A stretch of 64,000 nt of DNA from Bacteriovoracia bacterium (lineage in GTDB: Bacteria > Bdellovibrionota > UBA1018 > JBFWNL01): positions 128,001 through 192,000 of the forward strand of contig JBFWNL010000002.1 in NCBI GenBank assembly GCA_050251055.1, written 5' to 3'. Shown here in pieces: positions 31,901-39,999 of this stretch. Every line of letters starts with the position of its first letter. Position 1 is the first letter of the stretch. Below the pieces are notes generated by a model. It was given only the letters and a program-made list of their open reading frames with translations, did not search any database and was not told the origin of the DNA. The position numbers and the translations under genes were made by a program.

Positions 31901-32022
31901 AAAATGCCCGCGGCCGGCCAATCGGCCCCGCCCGCCCCGTCGTCCCGCCGCCGACGAACGCCACTCCGCCAGCACCCATCGATTTCGTCGGGCCCTTGCC
32001 CGCGGCCGGAGGCACCCCATGA
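28957..32022 (+). CDS. Large exported alpha-helical hypothetical protein with C-terminal hydrophobic helices (operon gene 1)
   Basis: Signal peptide ending AHA; three hydrophobic segments near the C-terminus; GTG 28957 preferred (AGGTGA RBS, promoter position); ORF open from 28882. Confidence 0.75.
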   Translation: MFKKALCAILILEMGFLSPVFRAHADASENPFNPILQSHPDALIPGLELFTEARTLLRRQQHPGSIPTWGAANSVPEEFEVEAFELRLQAYRAHAENWLGTHADALPLEAKVELINQYFNLLSTDASLRLARQASVNPAWSERNGLTISQALYAELPNLTRDNASQPISVTRAGDEVHLSLSARYVHQLSLGALSRDPTDENYLTLLQALATKQLQDNLAALHLVRDPALPPVRAEAPPSLRRKLPALEADTFEAVLAEETRSRRDQAYRAATIEAVSSRLADLPLLVTDEFLADLAELTTQDLIDEPGPGDDLATNWGNSLREAQRSRWAELFGLEIQETNEELEAGSAGERAQRLAEILSNAAANAVLQKIFDIAENSEAGWEINEENQMALLRLVENRRRAYQQALGAEPRLGAELLSTIQSKTDHRTVGTTDRQAEFLRTLLTNVEKQSQYLEGVLKGEKLDLYIMTEALAAQIEMPGLPQNWIGRIWYAYVTSDGNDAISPLVQDWIGEIIASPTYAAAKLRFHDLVASLAGPAAILNPKTPQAALDLTYLNRYLSTHDFRPSGNWVFADPAWAESRYLTEELAKAGKKDVADLIKLGKLFKFDQALAATEPSVADVLSESHRKKYFEHAAQSVLNRYPILTVPVNVSGPGEKPKLRPLHVMLKRLLNGAAPDQMRGEARALAQAYLAQAIETTAANVQSDILKIGEAKTIQALEPILTRSTFLQLVLRGYPEFNKAQRRILEDLFHPSVYEQLSHQYLTANLVGLGAMLLIWVGRVALAKRIPALYSVFRVLSVGTAPYQNLLLKSLWFSLVGDLIVAYRHLKKEEEALDLMEELYHSSVAGSPFFNLGTLSSAQDTYASSRRFFYMQAAFGGLMLYIPIFKARAILKTRGFMGDVRAFQTLKIRPGEWLEIRTALERVEAASAAGLVSKAELTAAQAAFRRLAGKLKSGRNWNLRAMREHKPTTPVDRSLVRAIKNARGRPIGPARPVVPPPTNATPPAPIDFVGPLPAAGGTP

Positions 32023-33920
32023 ACCTACGTCGTTCGTTTCGACTATTCGTGATCTTAAGTTGGGGTTTCCTGGGCATGGCCGCGCCGGCACCTAGCGGAC
32101 CCACCGTGGAAGAAAGCGCCACCCACAGTTCCCAACTTGAAGGGTTCCTAGCGGCCGTCGTCAGCGCGCCTGACTCTCCCGGCAAGTCCGATTGGATTGC
32201 CTACGAGAAGCTGCTCGGCGAGTACTTCCAGCGCGACAGCCTCGAGAGCAACCTCAAAAACGCGATCGCACTCAGCAAGCTGGCTGACAGCGTCTTTAAT
32301 CCGGAGCGGACCGACCTTTACCTAAAGAAGCTGCAACTGATCGACCGCCTAGCCGATCAGAATCGCGAGGCCGCCTACGACGTAGGGCGATTCCTTGAGC
32401 AGGAGTGGGAACGCCAATATGGATTTGGGTTGGGCCGTCGGCATGTCGACACGCTCAAAAACTCCACCCACCTGGGATCCGTCATTGGCATGACCCTGAT
32501 GATGGCCGCCGTCGCCAGCCGCAGTAATCTGCGGATGATCCCGAAAGCCTTTCGTGTCTTTCGCAGCCTTTACGGGATCGCGCCGGGCCTTCCAGTCGCC
32601 GGCGCCGTGGCCGGCTACGCCACGGGAAAAGCCATCAACGCGCTAGACGGCGCGCATCGGCGTCCGGCGCCCGCACAAGTGCTTCAATTTGGAGAAATTA
32701 CCGACCAATCACTAGTTTTCGGGGACAACGCATGGCTACGGGACGTGATCCTCACGACGGCCGGAATCGGGGCGACTTCGGCCGCGCTGATGTACACCGC
32801 CAGCGTCGTGGCTTGGCTACGCTACGCGGGCTTGGCCATCTCCGCCGTGACCGGAGAGTTCATCATTCCCGCGATCGTTGGACTCATCGTGGCGGCGGTG
32901 TTTTACGGGATCGGAAAACTCATCGATTATGCCCACTACCGGAGCTTGCGCGCCGAGGTGACGGCCGCCCGCCGGAAGCTCGACGCGGCCGTGCGCGACC
33001 GTGATGACGAGGGTATCTATCGATATGCCGACGAGCTAGAAAAGGCGGCGGGCGCGTTCGCCGACTTGCTGAACCAACCAATCGCCGAGGCCATCGAAGA
33101 ATTTAATAGCGATACGGCGGAAGCCACCGACGACATCCTTCACCAGATTCCAGGCTTTTCGGCCCGGCTTTCCGAGATCAACCGTCGTTACCGCGTAGGG
33201 TTCGTCGCTCGGAAGTGGCGCTGGTTTCGGGAAAAGCTGGGCGTTGAGGACGAAACCGTGAGCGATGGAATCACCCGTCCCGGTGGGCGCGAGTACTTCC
33301 ACACCAAAGACGAGCGGGCGCTGGAGGAAATGCTCTCCTACCAGGAAGAGACCAGCCGCCTGCGCGAAAATTATTTAAAGGTGCTGGAACGATCGGGCCC
33401 GGTTTTTTCGAATCTAAAGCAAAAACTAGCGGAAAAATCGCGTAAGGCGATAGAAACGTTGTCGGAGACGGTGCGCGAGTTCGTGCGGGACAACCGCTTG
33501 GCCTACCACGCCGACTACGAAGACTACATGGTGAGAGAGCTCTTAGCCCAAGGCGACGACGAAACCTTGGCGATGATGCCGTTCACCGTCCGCAGTCGGG
33601 CCGAGATCTATCGCCGGAATTTCCAGGAATGTGTGACCACGCGACAGGTCGCGGGCGGGGATGCGCCGGTCGAGAGTTGTGCGATGGACTTTCCCAGCTA
33701 CCTCGCGCGCCTGGGCCGGGAGAAAAACCGTAAACTGATCGAGGAGCTCCGACGCGGCGAGGTCCGGGACCACGCGAACCACGTCCTGCTGCAGGCGGCC
33801 GCGTACATCGAGGCCCTGGAAAAGCCTTTCTTGCGTACGCAGGTGAACAACCTGATGACCAAGATCCAGCACGAAAATCTAAAAATATGGGCTCTGCAGC
33901 CCACCGAGGCGACGCCATGA
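32019..33920 (+). CDS. Exported helical protein with Gly/Ala-rich hydrophobic hairpins and coiled coil (operon gene 2)
   Basis: ATGA overlap with gene 1, GGAGG RBS, signal peptide, about four hydrophobic segments. Confidence 0.78.
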   Translation: MNLRRSFRLFVILSWGFLGMAAPAPSGPTVEESATHSSQLEGFLAAVVSAPDSPGKSDWIAYEKLLGEYFQRDSLESNLKNAIALSKLADSVFNPERTDLYLKKLQLIDRLADQNREAAYDVGRFLEQEWERQYGFGLGRRHVDTLKNSTHLGSVIGMTLMMAAVASRSNLRMIPKAFRVFRSLYGIAPGLPVAGAVAGYATGKAINALDGAHRRPAPAQVLQFGEITDQSLVFGDNAWLRDVILTTAGIGATSAALMYTASVVAWLRYAGLAISAVTGEFIIPAIVGLIVAAVFYGIGKLIDYAHYRSLRAEVTAARRKLDAAVRDRDDEGIYRYADELEKAAGAFADLLNQPIAEAIEEFNSDTAEATDDILHQIPGFSARLSEINRRYRVGFVARKWRWFREKLGVEDETVSDGITRPGGREYFHTKDERALEEMLSYQEETSRLRENYLKVLERSGPVFSNLKQKLAEKSRKAIETLSETVREFVRDNRLAYHADYEDYMVRELLAQGDDETLAMMPFTVRSRAEIYRRNFQECVTTRQVAGGDAPVESCAMDFPSYLARLGREKNRKLIEELRRGEVRDHANHVLLQAAAYIEALEKPFLRTQVNNLMTKIQHENLKIWALQPTEATP

Positions 33921-35605
33921 AAATCATCTCTCCCGCTGTCGCCTGGACATTGATTGCTAGCCTGCTCACTTCCGCGGGGGGCGCGCCGTACGCCCACTCC
34001 GGATCTTCCGACGATCCGCGCGTTTCGGCGTTCGAACCCGAGCGCATCATCGCGCTGACTCGGGACTATTACTGCCAGACCACGCTGCTGCCTTCGGTCT
34101 GCATCCCCGAGCCGGTCCAGCAGGTGATCCTCGCCCAGTTCCTGGCGGAGATCCCGTTGCTCCCGGGCTCCGACGCTATCGAATCGTATAGCTCCGAAGA
34201 TCTCCACCAAGCGATCAAGCTCGCCTTGGCGTCCCAATTCTTCCGCTCCGCCCCACCCGCCGGGGCCGATTCCCTATCGGCGGAAACGCGCCTGGAAAAA
34301 GCCGCGAGCCTCGTGCTAGCCCTGGGCGCCGACGAAGGCCAGCTGGCTTCTACCCATGGCCCCCGGATGATGCACTTACTCCTAACGCTGCTTCCGGGCG
34401 TGAACTGGAATTGGTTTGAGACCGTGTTCGACGTCCTGCGCGCGGAGGAAATCTCCCGGCTGGAGTCCCTTTTAGCAAAAGTCGTAACCGCAAGCCCCGG
34501 CCAAACTCTAAAGCTTGCCGAAGTCCTCTATCAAGTGAACCAAGAAGGCATGGGCGCTTTGGGACTCGTGCCGCTCGACGCGAAGCAAGTCCACCGTGAG
34601 CTCGGCCTTCGGGAAAATGCCGAGCAGTTCATCGACCGCCTGGCGACCGCCCTCCCCGAGAGCGTACAGCTTTCATCCCATCGCCTAAGTTTCACTGCCG
34701 CTGGTAGCTACGCTATCGGGGAGACGATCGAAAAGCTTCTCGCACGGCACGCGAAATACACGGTAGCCAGCATCCGCAGCCAACTTTCCCCCGAGGACGT
34801 GCGGAGATTAGCCGGCGTCGTCGCGAATATGATTTTCGCCTCGACCGCTTCGCGACCCCATGCGTTTAACGATATCGTCGGTCACCTGCTCGCCGAGTAC
34901 GCGCACCACCCAGACATCCGCCAACCCCTAGCCCAGCTGCTGGAAAAAGTACGCGAGCTGCTCTCCGCGGAGCTCCGCGCGCGCCGTGAGCATAGCGTAA
35001 TCACGAGCGCCATCGGCGATGTCTTTTGGGTATGGAGCATGGCATCCCTTATGGCGGGCGTCGGTAAGGGTCGCCTCTTCACCGCCGGTAAGGGACTTAC
35101 CACCCTCCGGCGGTTCCGTCAGATCGTGAGCAAAGTATCGGCGGACATATTTCGTGCTGGCATCGATCCAAAAGTCTTGAAAATCTCTGTGGGCGTGGGC
35201 ATCCCGTATGCCATCGCCAAGGAAATCACCTACCAGATCGAGACCAAGCGCATCGACCCCCTGGATGCATTGGAGCGGATTCAACGCTCGCTCATCGAGG
35301 AAAAAACCAAACTCATGGGCGCTAACCGGCGAGCGCTCGAAGGCATGCTACCGCTTGAAGGCCAGCATCTACTCGAACATCAAATAAAGTTCAAAGCGCT
35401 GCTACGGCAGGTGGAAAAAGATATCGATGCCACCGACATCGACATGGCGGACCTTTATATCAACGCCAAGCACCTGAAAGCCGAACTGGAACCAGTGGCG
35501 GAAGACGTGATTTTCTGCCGAGACGCCGTGGCGAAACTCTACGAACGCTATCGTAACCTGATGGCCACGTCCGCCACTCCCGCCGTCTCGAACCCCGTCC
35601 CCTAG
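33917..35605 (+). CDS. Exported helical protein with hydrophobic hairpin and C-terminal coiled coil (operon gene 3)
   Basis: ATGA overlap with gene 2, GAGG RBS, signal peptide ending AYA-like PYA. Confidence 0.78.
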   Translation: MKIISPAVAWTLIASLLTSAGGAPYAHSGSSDDPRVSAFEPERIIALTRDYYCQTTLLPSVCIPEPVQQVILAQFLAEIPLLPGSDAIESYSSEDLHQAIKLALASQFFRSAPPAGADSLSAETRLEKAASLVLALGADEGQLASTHGPRMMHLLLTLLPGVNWNWFETVFDVLRAEEISRLESLLAKVVTASPGQTLKLAEVLYQVNQEGMGALGLVPLDAKQVHRELGLRENAEQFIDRLATALPESVQLSSHRLSFTAAGSYAIGETIEKLLARHAKYTVASIRSQLSPEDVRRLAGVVANMIFASTASRPHAFNDIVGHLLAEYAHHPDIRQPLAQLLEKVRELLSAELRARREHSVITSAIGDVFWVWSMASLMAGVGKGRLFTAGKGLTTLRRFRQIVSKVSADIFRAGIDPKVLKISVGVGIPYAIAKEITYQIETKRIDPLDALERIQRSLIEEKTKLMGANRRALEGMLPLEGQHLLEHQIKFKALLRQVEKDIDATDIDMADLYINAKHLKAELEPVAEDVIFCRDAVAKLYERYRNLMATSATPAVSNPVP

Positions 35606-35617
35606 CGGGACGTGACG

Positions 35618-36007
35618 CTATTTGACCTCGATCACTACGTGAAAATTGCTCATGCGAGCCAGGTTGCCGGCGCCGTCCAGCCGAAAACTCTCGGCGCGTC
35701 TTAACTTGTCGATGACGACTTCCAGATGCGCCTCGGTCAGCGCGAGCGTCGCGACCCACTCGCCCGGATTCGGATGCGCGAGCATCGCCCGACTCTCGGC
35801 GTCCCGAATTTTCCAGTAGATCGCCCACTGCTCCCCCGGAGGCCGAGGCTTGATTCGGACGCAGGGATCGGAAGCGGGCGTCTGCTTCGCGATTTCGAGC
35901 AGGTCGGCCCACGCGGCGGCGTCCACGGGTGAAAGCGTGCAGCTCAGTTCAGTCTGCCACTTCGCGTGGGGGGCGGCTTGGTAAGGGATATCGAAAAAAG
36001 GCGCCAT
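35618..36007 (-). CDS. Hypothetical protein
   Basis: ~129-aa ORF with globular composition; the ATG lies directly below a terminator hairpin. Confidence 0.6.
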   Translation of the reverse strand: MAPFFDIPYQAAPHAKWQTELSCTLSPVDAAAWADLLEIAKQTPASDPCVRIKPRPPGEQWAIYWKIRDAESRAMLAHPNPGEWVATLALTEAHLEVVIDKLRRAESFRLDGAGNLARMSNFHVVIEVK

Positions 36008-36010
36008 ATG

Positions 36011-36044
36011 AAAAAAGCCGGGACAAGCCACCGCCTGTCCCGGC
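36011..36044 (-). terminator. Intrinsic terminator after ahpC
   Basis: Minus strand GCCGGGACAGGC-GGTG-GCTTGTCCCGGC-TTTTTT. Confidence 0.8.
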
Positions 36045-36068
36045 CTCAAATTCAATCGAATCGTGTGC

Positions 36069-36617
36069 TTACTTTTTGATCGTGGCCTTGCCGGGCTTCC
36101 AGTCGACGGGGCAAAGCTCGCCGGTTTGGAGGGCGGAAAGCGTGCGGAGCACTTCGTCCACCGAACGGCCCACGCCCAAAGCGTTAACCGACATATACTG
36201 GAGGGTACCTTGCGGGTCGATCAAGAACGTTCCGCGCAGGGTAATGCCCTTGTCTTCGATCAGGACGTTGTAATCGCGCGAAACAAAGTGCGCGGTGTCG
36301 GCAAGCACGGGGAAGCGAACTTCCTTGAGGTCGCGCTCGAACCAAGCCTTATGCGAATGTTCGCTATCGGTGCTCGCACCGATGATCTCGCAGTTGAGTT
36401 CCTTGAACTTAGCGGCTTGTTCGGCGAAGCCACGGATTTCCGTCGGGCAAACGAAGGTGAAGTCGAGCGGATAGAAAAACAAGCAGACCCACTTGCCTTT
36501 GAAATCCTTCAGGGAGACTTCCTTGAAGTCACCGCCTTGGTAAGCCATGGTCTTGAATTGGGGGGCTGGCATGCCGACGCGCAGGGCCGGATGATTCGTA
36601 TGAGTCGTATTCGTCAT
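36069..36617 (-). CDS. ahpC: 2-Cys peroxiredoxin (AhpC/TSA)
   Basis: FFYPLDFTFVCPTE, GRSVDEVLR, LCPVDW; AGGAG RBS before ATG 36617. Confidence 0.93.
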   Translation of the reverse strand: MTNTTHTNHPALRVGMPAPQFKTMAYQGGDFKEVSLKDFKGKWVCLFFYPLDFTFVCPTEIRGFAEQAAKFKELNCEIIGASTDSEHSHKAWFERDLKEVRFPVLADTAHFVSRDYNVLIEDKGITLRGTFLIDPQGTLQYMSVNALGVGRSVDEVLRTLSALQTGELCPVDWKPGKATIKK

Positions 36618-36728
36618 AAGGTTCTCCTGAAGTTCTTCTGAATGGTTTTGAACGCTCAGGTTTAGCGTTTTAGGGCTCAAAACGCCACCGAATTTCAGGC
36701 GTGGAGGGCGGAGCTCGCAAAAATAACG

Positions 36729-37652
36729 CTAGGCGGCTTTTTTCTTGGGATCGACGACTGGGAGCGCGCTGGAGCTAGCCTCCTCGGTGGCCCCCGCCGG
36801 CCCCTGGAGCCCGACCGCCTTGGAAATGGGGTAGAGCTGGAAGTTCAGCTGATAGACCCGTCCGGAGGTGGGTAGCCCCTCTCCTGCGATTTTTAACAGC
36901 TCGTCCTTGAAGTTCCGCAGAAGATCCTTCATACGCGCGAACTGGTCGGCGCTCGCCAATAAAGTGACGGAGGAAACCTCGCGTTCGCGCTTAGGCACAG
37001 TCTTTAGGCTTTCCGCCGCCATCAGGATCATCTGGCGGTGGAACTTTGCGACACTGACAGAAACCACGTCGTCGGGCGTCGTCACCACCGGCTCCGAAAG
37101 CTCGAGCCTGCCCTCAGTGTTTCGCTGAAGCAACCCAATGGCCTGGAGTCGCGTGAGCGCTTCCCGGGCCTCGTCGGCGGAAATCGGCGGGCTGAGCTGC
37201 GCGGCGATCCACGCGGGATCCTCGCGAAAATCGCGCGCAGCGGCCATCTCGCGAATCGGGATGTAATACCAGCGCGCGTAGTAGTCGAGCTGTAGCTCCC
37301 GGATTGGTCGCAGCTCCTCGAACTGGGAGTTCTTGACGAGATCGGCCTCAAAACGGCGCTGAGCTTCGGGATTATCCGCCTGGTTGAAGCGCACCAACGA
37401 TTCAAAGTAACGCTTTTCGTGCTGATTCAGCCCGAGCGCCTTGGCGAATCTTTTGATCGTATCCGTCGTGAGGTTGCGCTTACCGTCGATGACCCAACGG
37501 AAGTAGTTGGGTGAGCTCAAACCGGCCACGCGGGAAAGGTGCCGGAAAGAAAAGCCCGGCTTCCAGCGTTTCATGTGCTCCACGTGATCGCGAATGAACC
37601 CGCGGTAATCCCGATAGGAAAAAATTCGCGGTTTATTTTCTTGTCCAGACAT
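36729..37652 (-). CDS. TIGR02147-family (DUF4423) putative DNA-binding regulator
   Basis: IF.Y.DYR.F, FSFR...AG.SSPNY....GKRNL, WYY.PIRE, FH.QM...A, RE.SS.T, VYQLNFQLYP signature. Confidence 0.85.
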   Translation of the reverse strand: MSGQENKPRIFSYRDYRGFIRDHVEHMKRWKPGFSFRHLSRVAGLSSPNYFRWVIDGKRNLTTDTIKRFAKALGLNQHEKRYFESLVRFNQADNPEAQRRFEADLVKNSQFEELRPIRELQLDYYARWYYIPIREMAAARDFREDPAWIAAQLSPPISADEAREALTRLQAIGLLQRNTEGRLELSEPVVTTPDDVVSVSVAKFHRQMILMAAESLKTVPKREREVSSVTLLASADQFARMKDLLRNFKDELLKIAGEGLPTSGRVYQLNFQLYPISKAVGLQGPAGATEEASSSALPVVDPKKKAA

Positions 37653-37661
37653 ACAAATTCC

Positions 37662-38327
37662 CTATTTGCCGAGGGAGTTGGGTTGACTCGTGAGCCCTGC
37701 CGCGTTCTGCGAAAAACTGACTTCGGCATAGGAATACACACGGCCACAGCTCGTGCGCAGGTATCCGAACAGGTCATATAATTTAACTGAGACCTGGGCC
37801 ACTGAGCCGCGGGCGGCGTTGTAAGCGCGCCGTAATATGGGGTGCGTGCAGCTAAGCTGCTCGACCTGGTCGCCGCAGGACGTGCCTGCCGCCGGGTTGT
37901 AGATCACCGCACCGTCGATTTCCGCATCGAAGATCGCGGATAAATTATTGAAGACCGTGTCATTCAACGGCGTCACACCGACGGGCGTGAGCATTCCTCC
38001 GGCGCCGAGCGTTCCCGGCGCAAATCCGCCCCCCGGACTACCGGAATGCGCCGGCGCGCGGTCGTCGAGGCCAAGCACCTGCTCGAGATTTTCGTTTTCA
38101 AGTGCCAGCGGCATACAAACGCTAGGAATGTCGACCGCATAGCATTCGTGGAGTTTTTCACAAACGCGTTCCACCATACGATATCCGCCGGAGCCCCCGT
38201 ATGGGTTTTCCGGATTCCCGCTCCCCGTCGGCAAACGGCTGATGGTCGTGTTGGTACTCACGGCGCACGCGCTCATCCAAGCGCAGAGCACCAGCCCCAG
38301 AAAATGAAATTTGAATTTTGGCCCCAT
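37662..38327 (-). CDS. Cys-rich lipoprotein associated with the TIGR02147 gene
   Basis: Lipobox MSAC, TGSGNP motif, six spaced Cys; homologous pattern to 48675-49860. Confidence 0.75.
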   Translation of the reverse strand: MGPKFKFHFLGLVLCAWMSACAVSTNTTISRLPTGSGNPENPYGGSGGYRMVERVCEKLHECYAVDIPSVCMPLALENENLEQVLGLDDRAPAHSGSPGGGFAPGTLGAGGMLTPVGVTPLNDTVFNNLSAIFDAEIDGAVIYNPAAGTSCGDQVEQLSCTHPILRRAYNAARGSVAQVSVKLYDLFGYLRTSCGRVYSYAEVSFSQNAAGLTSQPNSLGK

Positions 38328-38335
38328 TGTCCCTA

Positions 38336-38383
38336 ATTTTAACGGGTTAGGGCGCTTCCCGGAATGTGTCCTCTCCGACCCGG
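38336..38383 (-). promoter_or_regulatory. Promoter with conserved upstream box (TIGR02147 locus 1)
   Basis: CCGGGT-N6-GGACACA-TTCCGG-17-TAAAAT. Confidence 0.6.
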
Positions 38384-38494
38384 AGGGAACTCGCGCTTAG
38401 CCATTGAAATGTCTACGTTTGTTTACGCGGAAAATCCGTGCGTTTCTGTGAACGGCCGGAAAAAACACAGTTTTTAGGCTAACTTGGCGATCGG

Positions 38495-39316
38495 CTACTT
38501 CTTCGCGCCGTCGGTGGCCATGCGCTCGATCGCGAGATCCACGGGGATCTCTTTGGCCGCGCCACCACCGCCCAAGCCGCCATCGGGCAGCGCGGGATTC
38601 ACGCCGGCGAGCTTGAGGCTCGCGGCGTCGTCCTTGGACGGAGGTCCGAGCGATAGCAGATAGTGCGTAACCGCCCAGCGATCGTCGACCGGCATCGTGC
38701 TGAAAGCCGGCATCGGGCTCAACCCGTTGGTGACGGTGTGGAAAACTTCGCCCGGTTTACGGCCTTTCTTCCAGCCATCGGCCGAGGTGAAATTACGAGG
38801 ATGCGGAGTCAACGCCGCCCCCGCCGCGCCATCGCCCTTGCCCTCATTGCCGTGGCACATGGCGCAGTTATTCGCGTAAAGCGTCTTCCCGTGCGCGAGA
38901 ATTTCGGGTCCCGGCTCCCATGGGCGTTTGAACTTAAGCTCCCCCGACGACTTGATCTCTTTCAAGAGCGACGCGCCTTTCGGGACATATACGTCGCCCC
39001 GGAAAAACAGATCCGTCACCGTGAGCACGACAAAAATAGCGACAAAAACGAACGAGGTCAGGAAGATCGTCCGGTTCTCGTTGTTGTCGTACTTGAGACC
39101 CATGAAGAAAAGCACGACCAAGAGCGCCTTCACCGTGGCAACTAACATCGCCACCGTGAAGTTCAACGCACCCAGATCCACCCGGGCCACCGCGACGGTA
39201 ATAATTGTTCCGATGATCAGGGCGATAAAGATCTTGAGCCCCATTGAATCGGGTAGGATATGGTGCTTATGCTCGCCGCCGTGATCGGCCTCGTGAGAAT
39301 GATGTCCGCTTGCCAT
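38495..39316 (-). CDS. ctaF: Cytochrome c oxidase subunit IV fused to a C-terminal cytochrome c
   Basis: Three TM helices with KA.LV.LFFM.LK.D; CAMCH heme motif with distal MP. Confidence 0.8.
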   Translation of the reverse strand: MASGHHSHEADHGGEHKHHILPDSMGLKIFIALIIGTIITVAVARVDLGALNFTVAMLVATVKALLVVLFFMGLKYDNNENRTIFLTSFVFVAIFVVLTVTDLFFRGDVYVPKGASLLKEIKSSGELKFKRPWEPGPEILAHGKTLYANNCAMCHGNEGKGDGAAGAALTPHPRNFTSADGWKKGRKPGEVFHTVTNGLSPMPAFSTMPVDDRWAVTHYLLSLGPPSKDDAASLKLAGVNPALPDGGLGGGGAAKEIPVDLAIERMATDGAKK

Positions 39317-39332
39317 AGTTTATCCCTCTCCC

Positions 39333-39989
39333 TCAGCCCACCAGGTACAGCAATGGGAACAAGTAAATCCAGACCAAGTCGACGAAGTGCCAGTACAGCC
39401 CGACCATTTCCACGGGCGTGAAGTACTCCGGCGTAAACTCGTTCTTGCGCGCACGCAAAAGAATCCAAACCAACGCGCCGATCCCGCCCACCACGTGGAT
39501 AGCGTGTAGGCCAGTCATGCAGAAGTAGAGCGAAAAGAAGATCGGGGCTTTCGGCGCTTCCGCGAGCAGCTCGGGGTTATTGAATAGTCCCGCTGGCAGC
39601 AAGCCGTGGTGGATCTTCGCGGAGTATTCGATGTATTTGACGGCCACGAACCCGAAGGCGCAGAGAATGGTCGGAATGAGATTGCGCACGACCTTGGCAT
39701 TGTTCCCCATCTGGGCCGCCGTCACCGCGCGAGCCATCGTGAACGACGAGAAGATGAGAACCACCGTGTTCAGAGCACCCAGCTTCCAGTTAAGCTCCAT
39801 ATGGGCGTGATGAAAGTCATGGGTGTAGAACCCGCGAAAGATCGCGTACGCCACGAACAGCGGGCTGAAGAATAGAACTTCTTGCAACAGGAAGAGCCAC
39901 ATCCCCTGCTTGCAGGTATCGAACTCGTGCGCATGGCTGGTAAAGTGATGCGCGTGGTGCCGGCCTCCGGCCGATGGTGCATGTCCCAT
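39333..39989 (-). CDS. ctaE: Cytochrome c oxidase subunit III
   Basis: GMWLFL.QE..FF, NTVVLIFSS, TGLHAIHV, GLYWHFVDLVW. Confidence 0.95.
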   Translation of the reverse strand: MGHAPSAGGRHHAHHFTSHAHEFDTCKQGMWLFLLQEVLFFSPLFVAYAIFRGFYTHDFHHAHMELNWKLGALNTVVLIFSSFTMARAVTAAQMGNNAKVVRNLIPTILCAFGFVAVKYIEYSAKIHHGLLPAGLFNNPELLAEAPKAPIFFSLYFCMTGLHAIHVVGGIGALVWILLRARKNEFTPEYFTPVEMVGLYWHFVDLVWIYLFPLLYLVG

Positions 39990-39999
39990 AATCTCTCCC

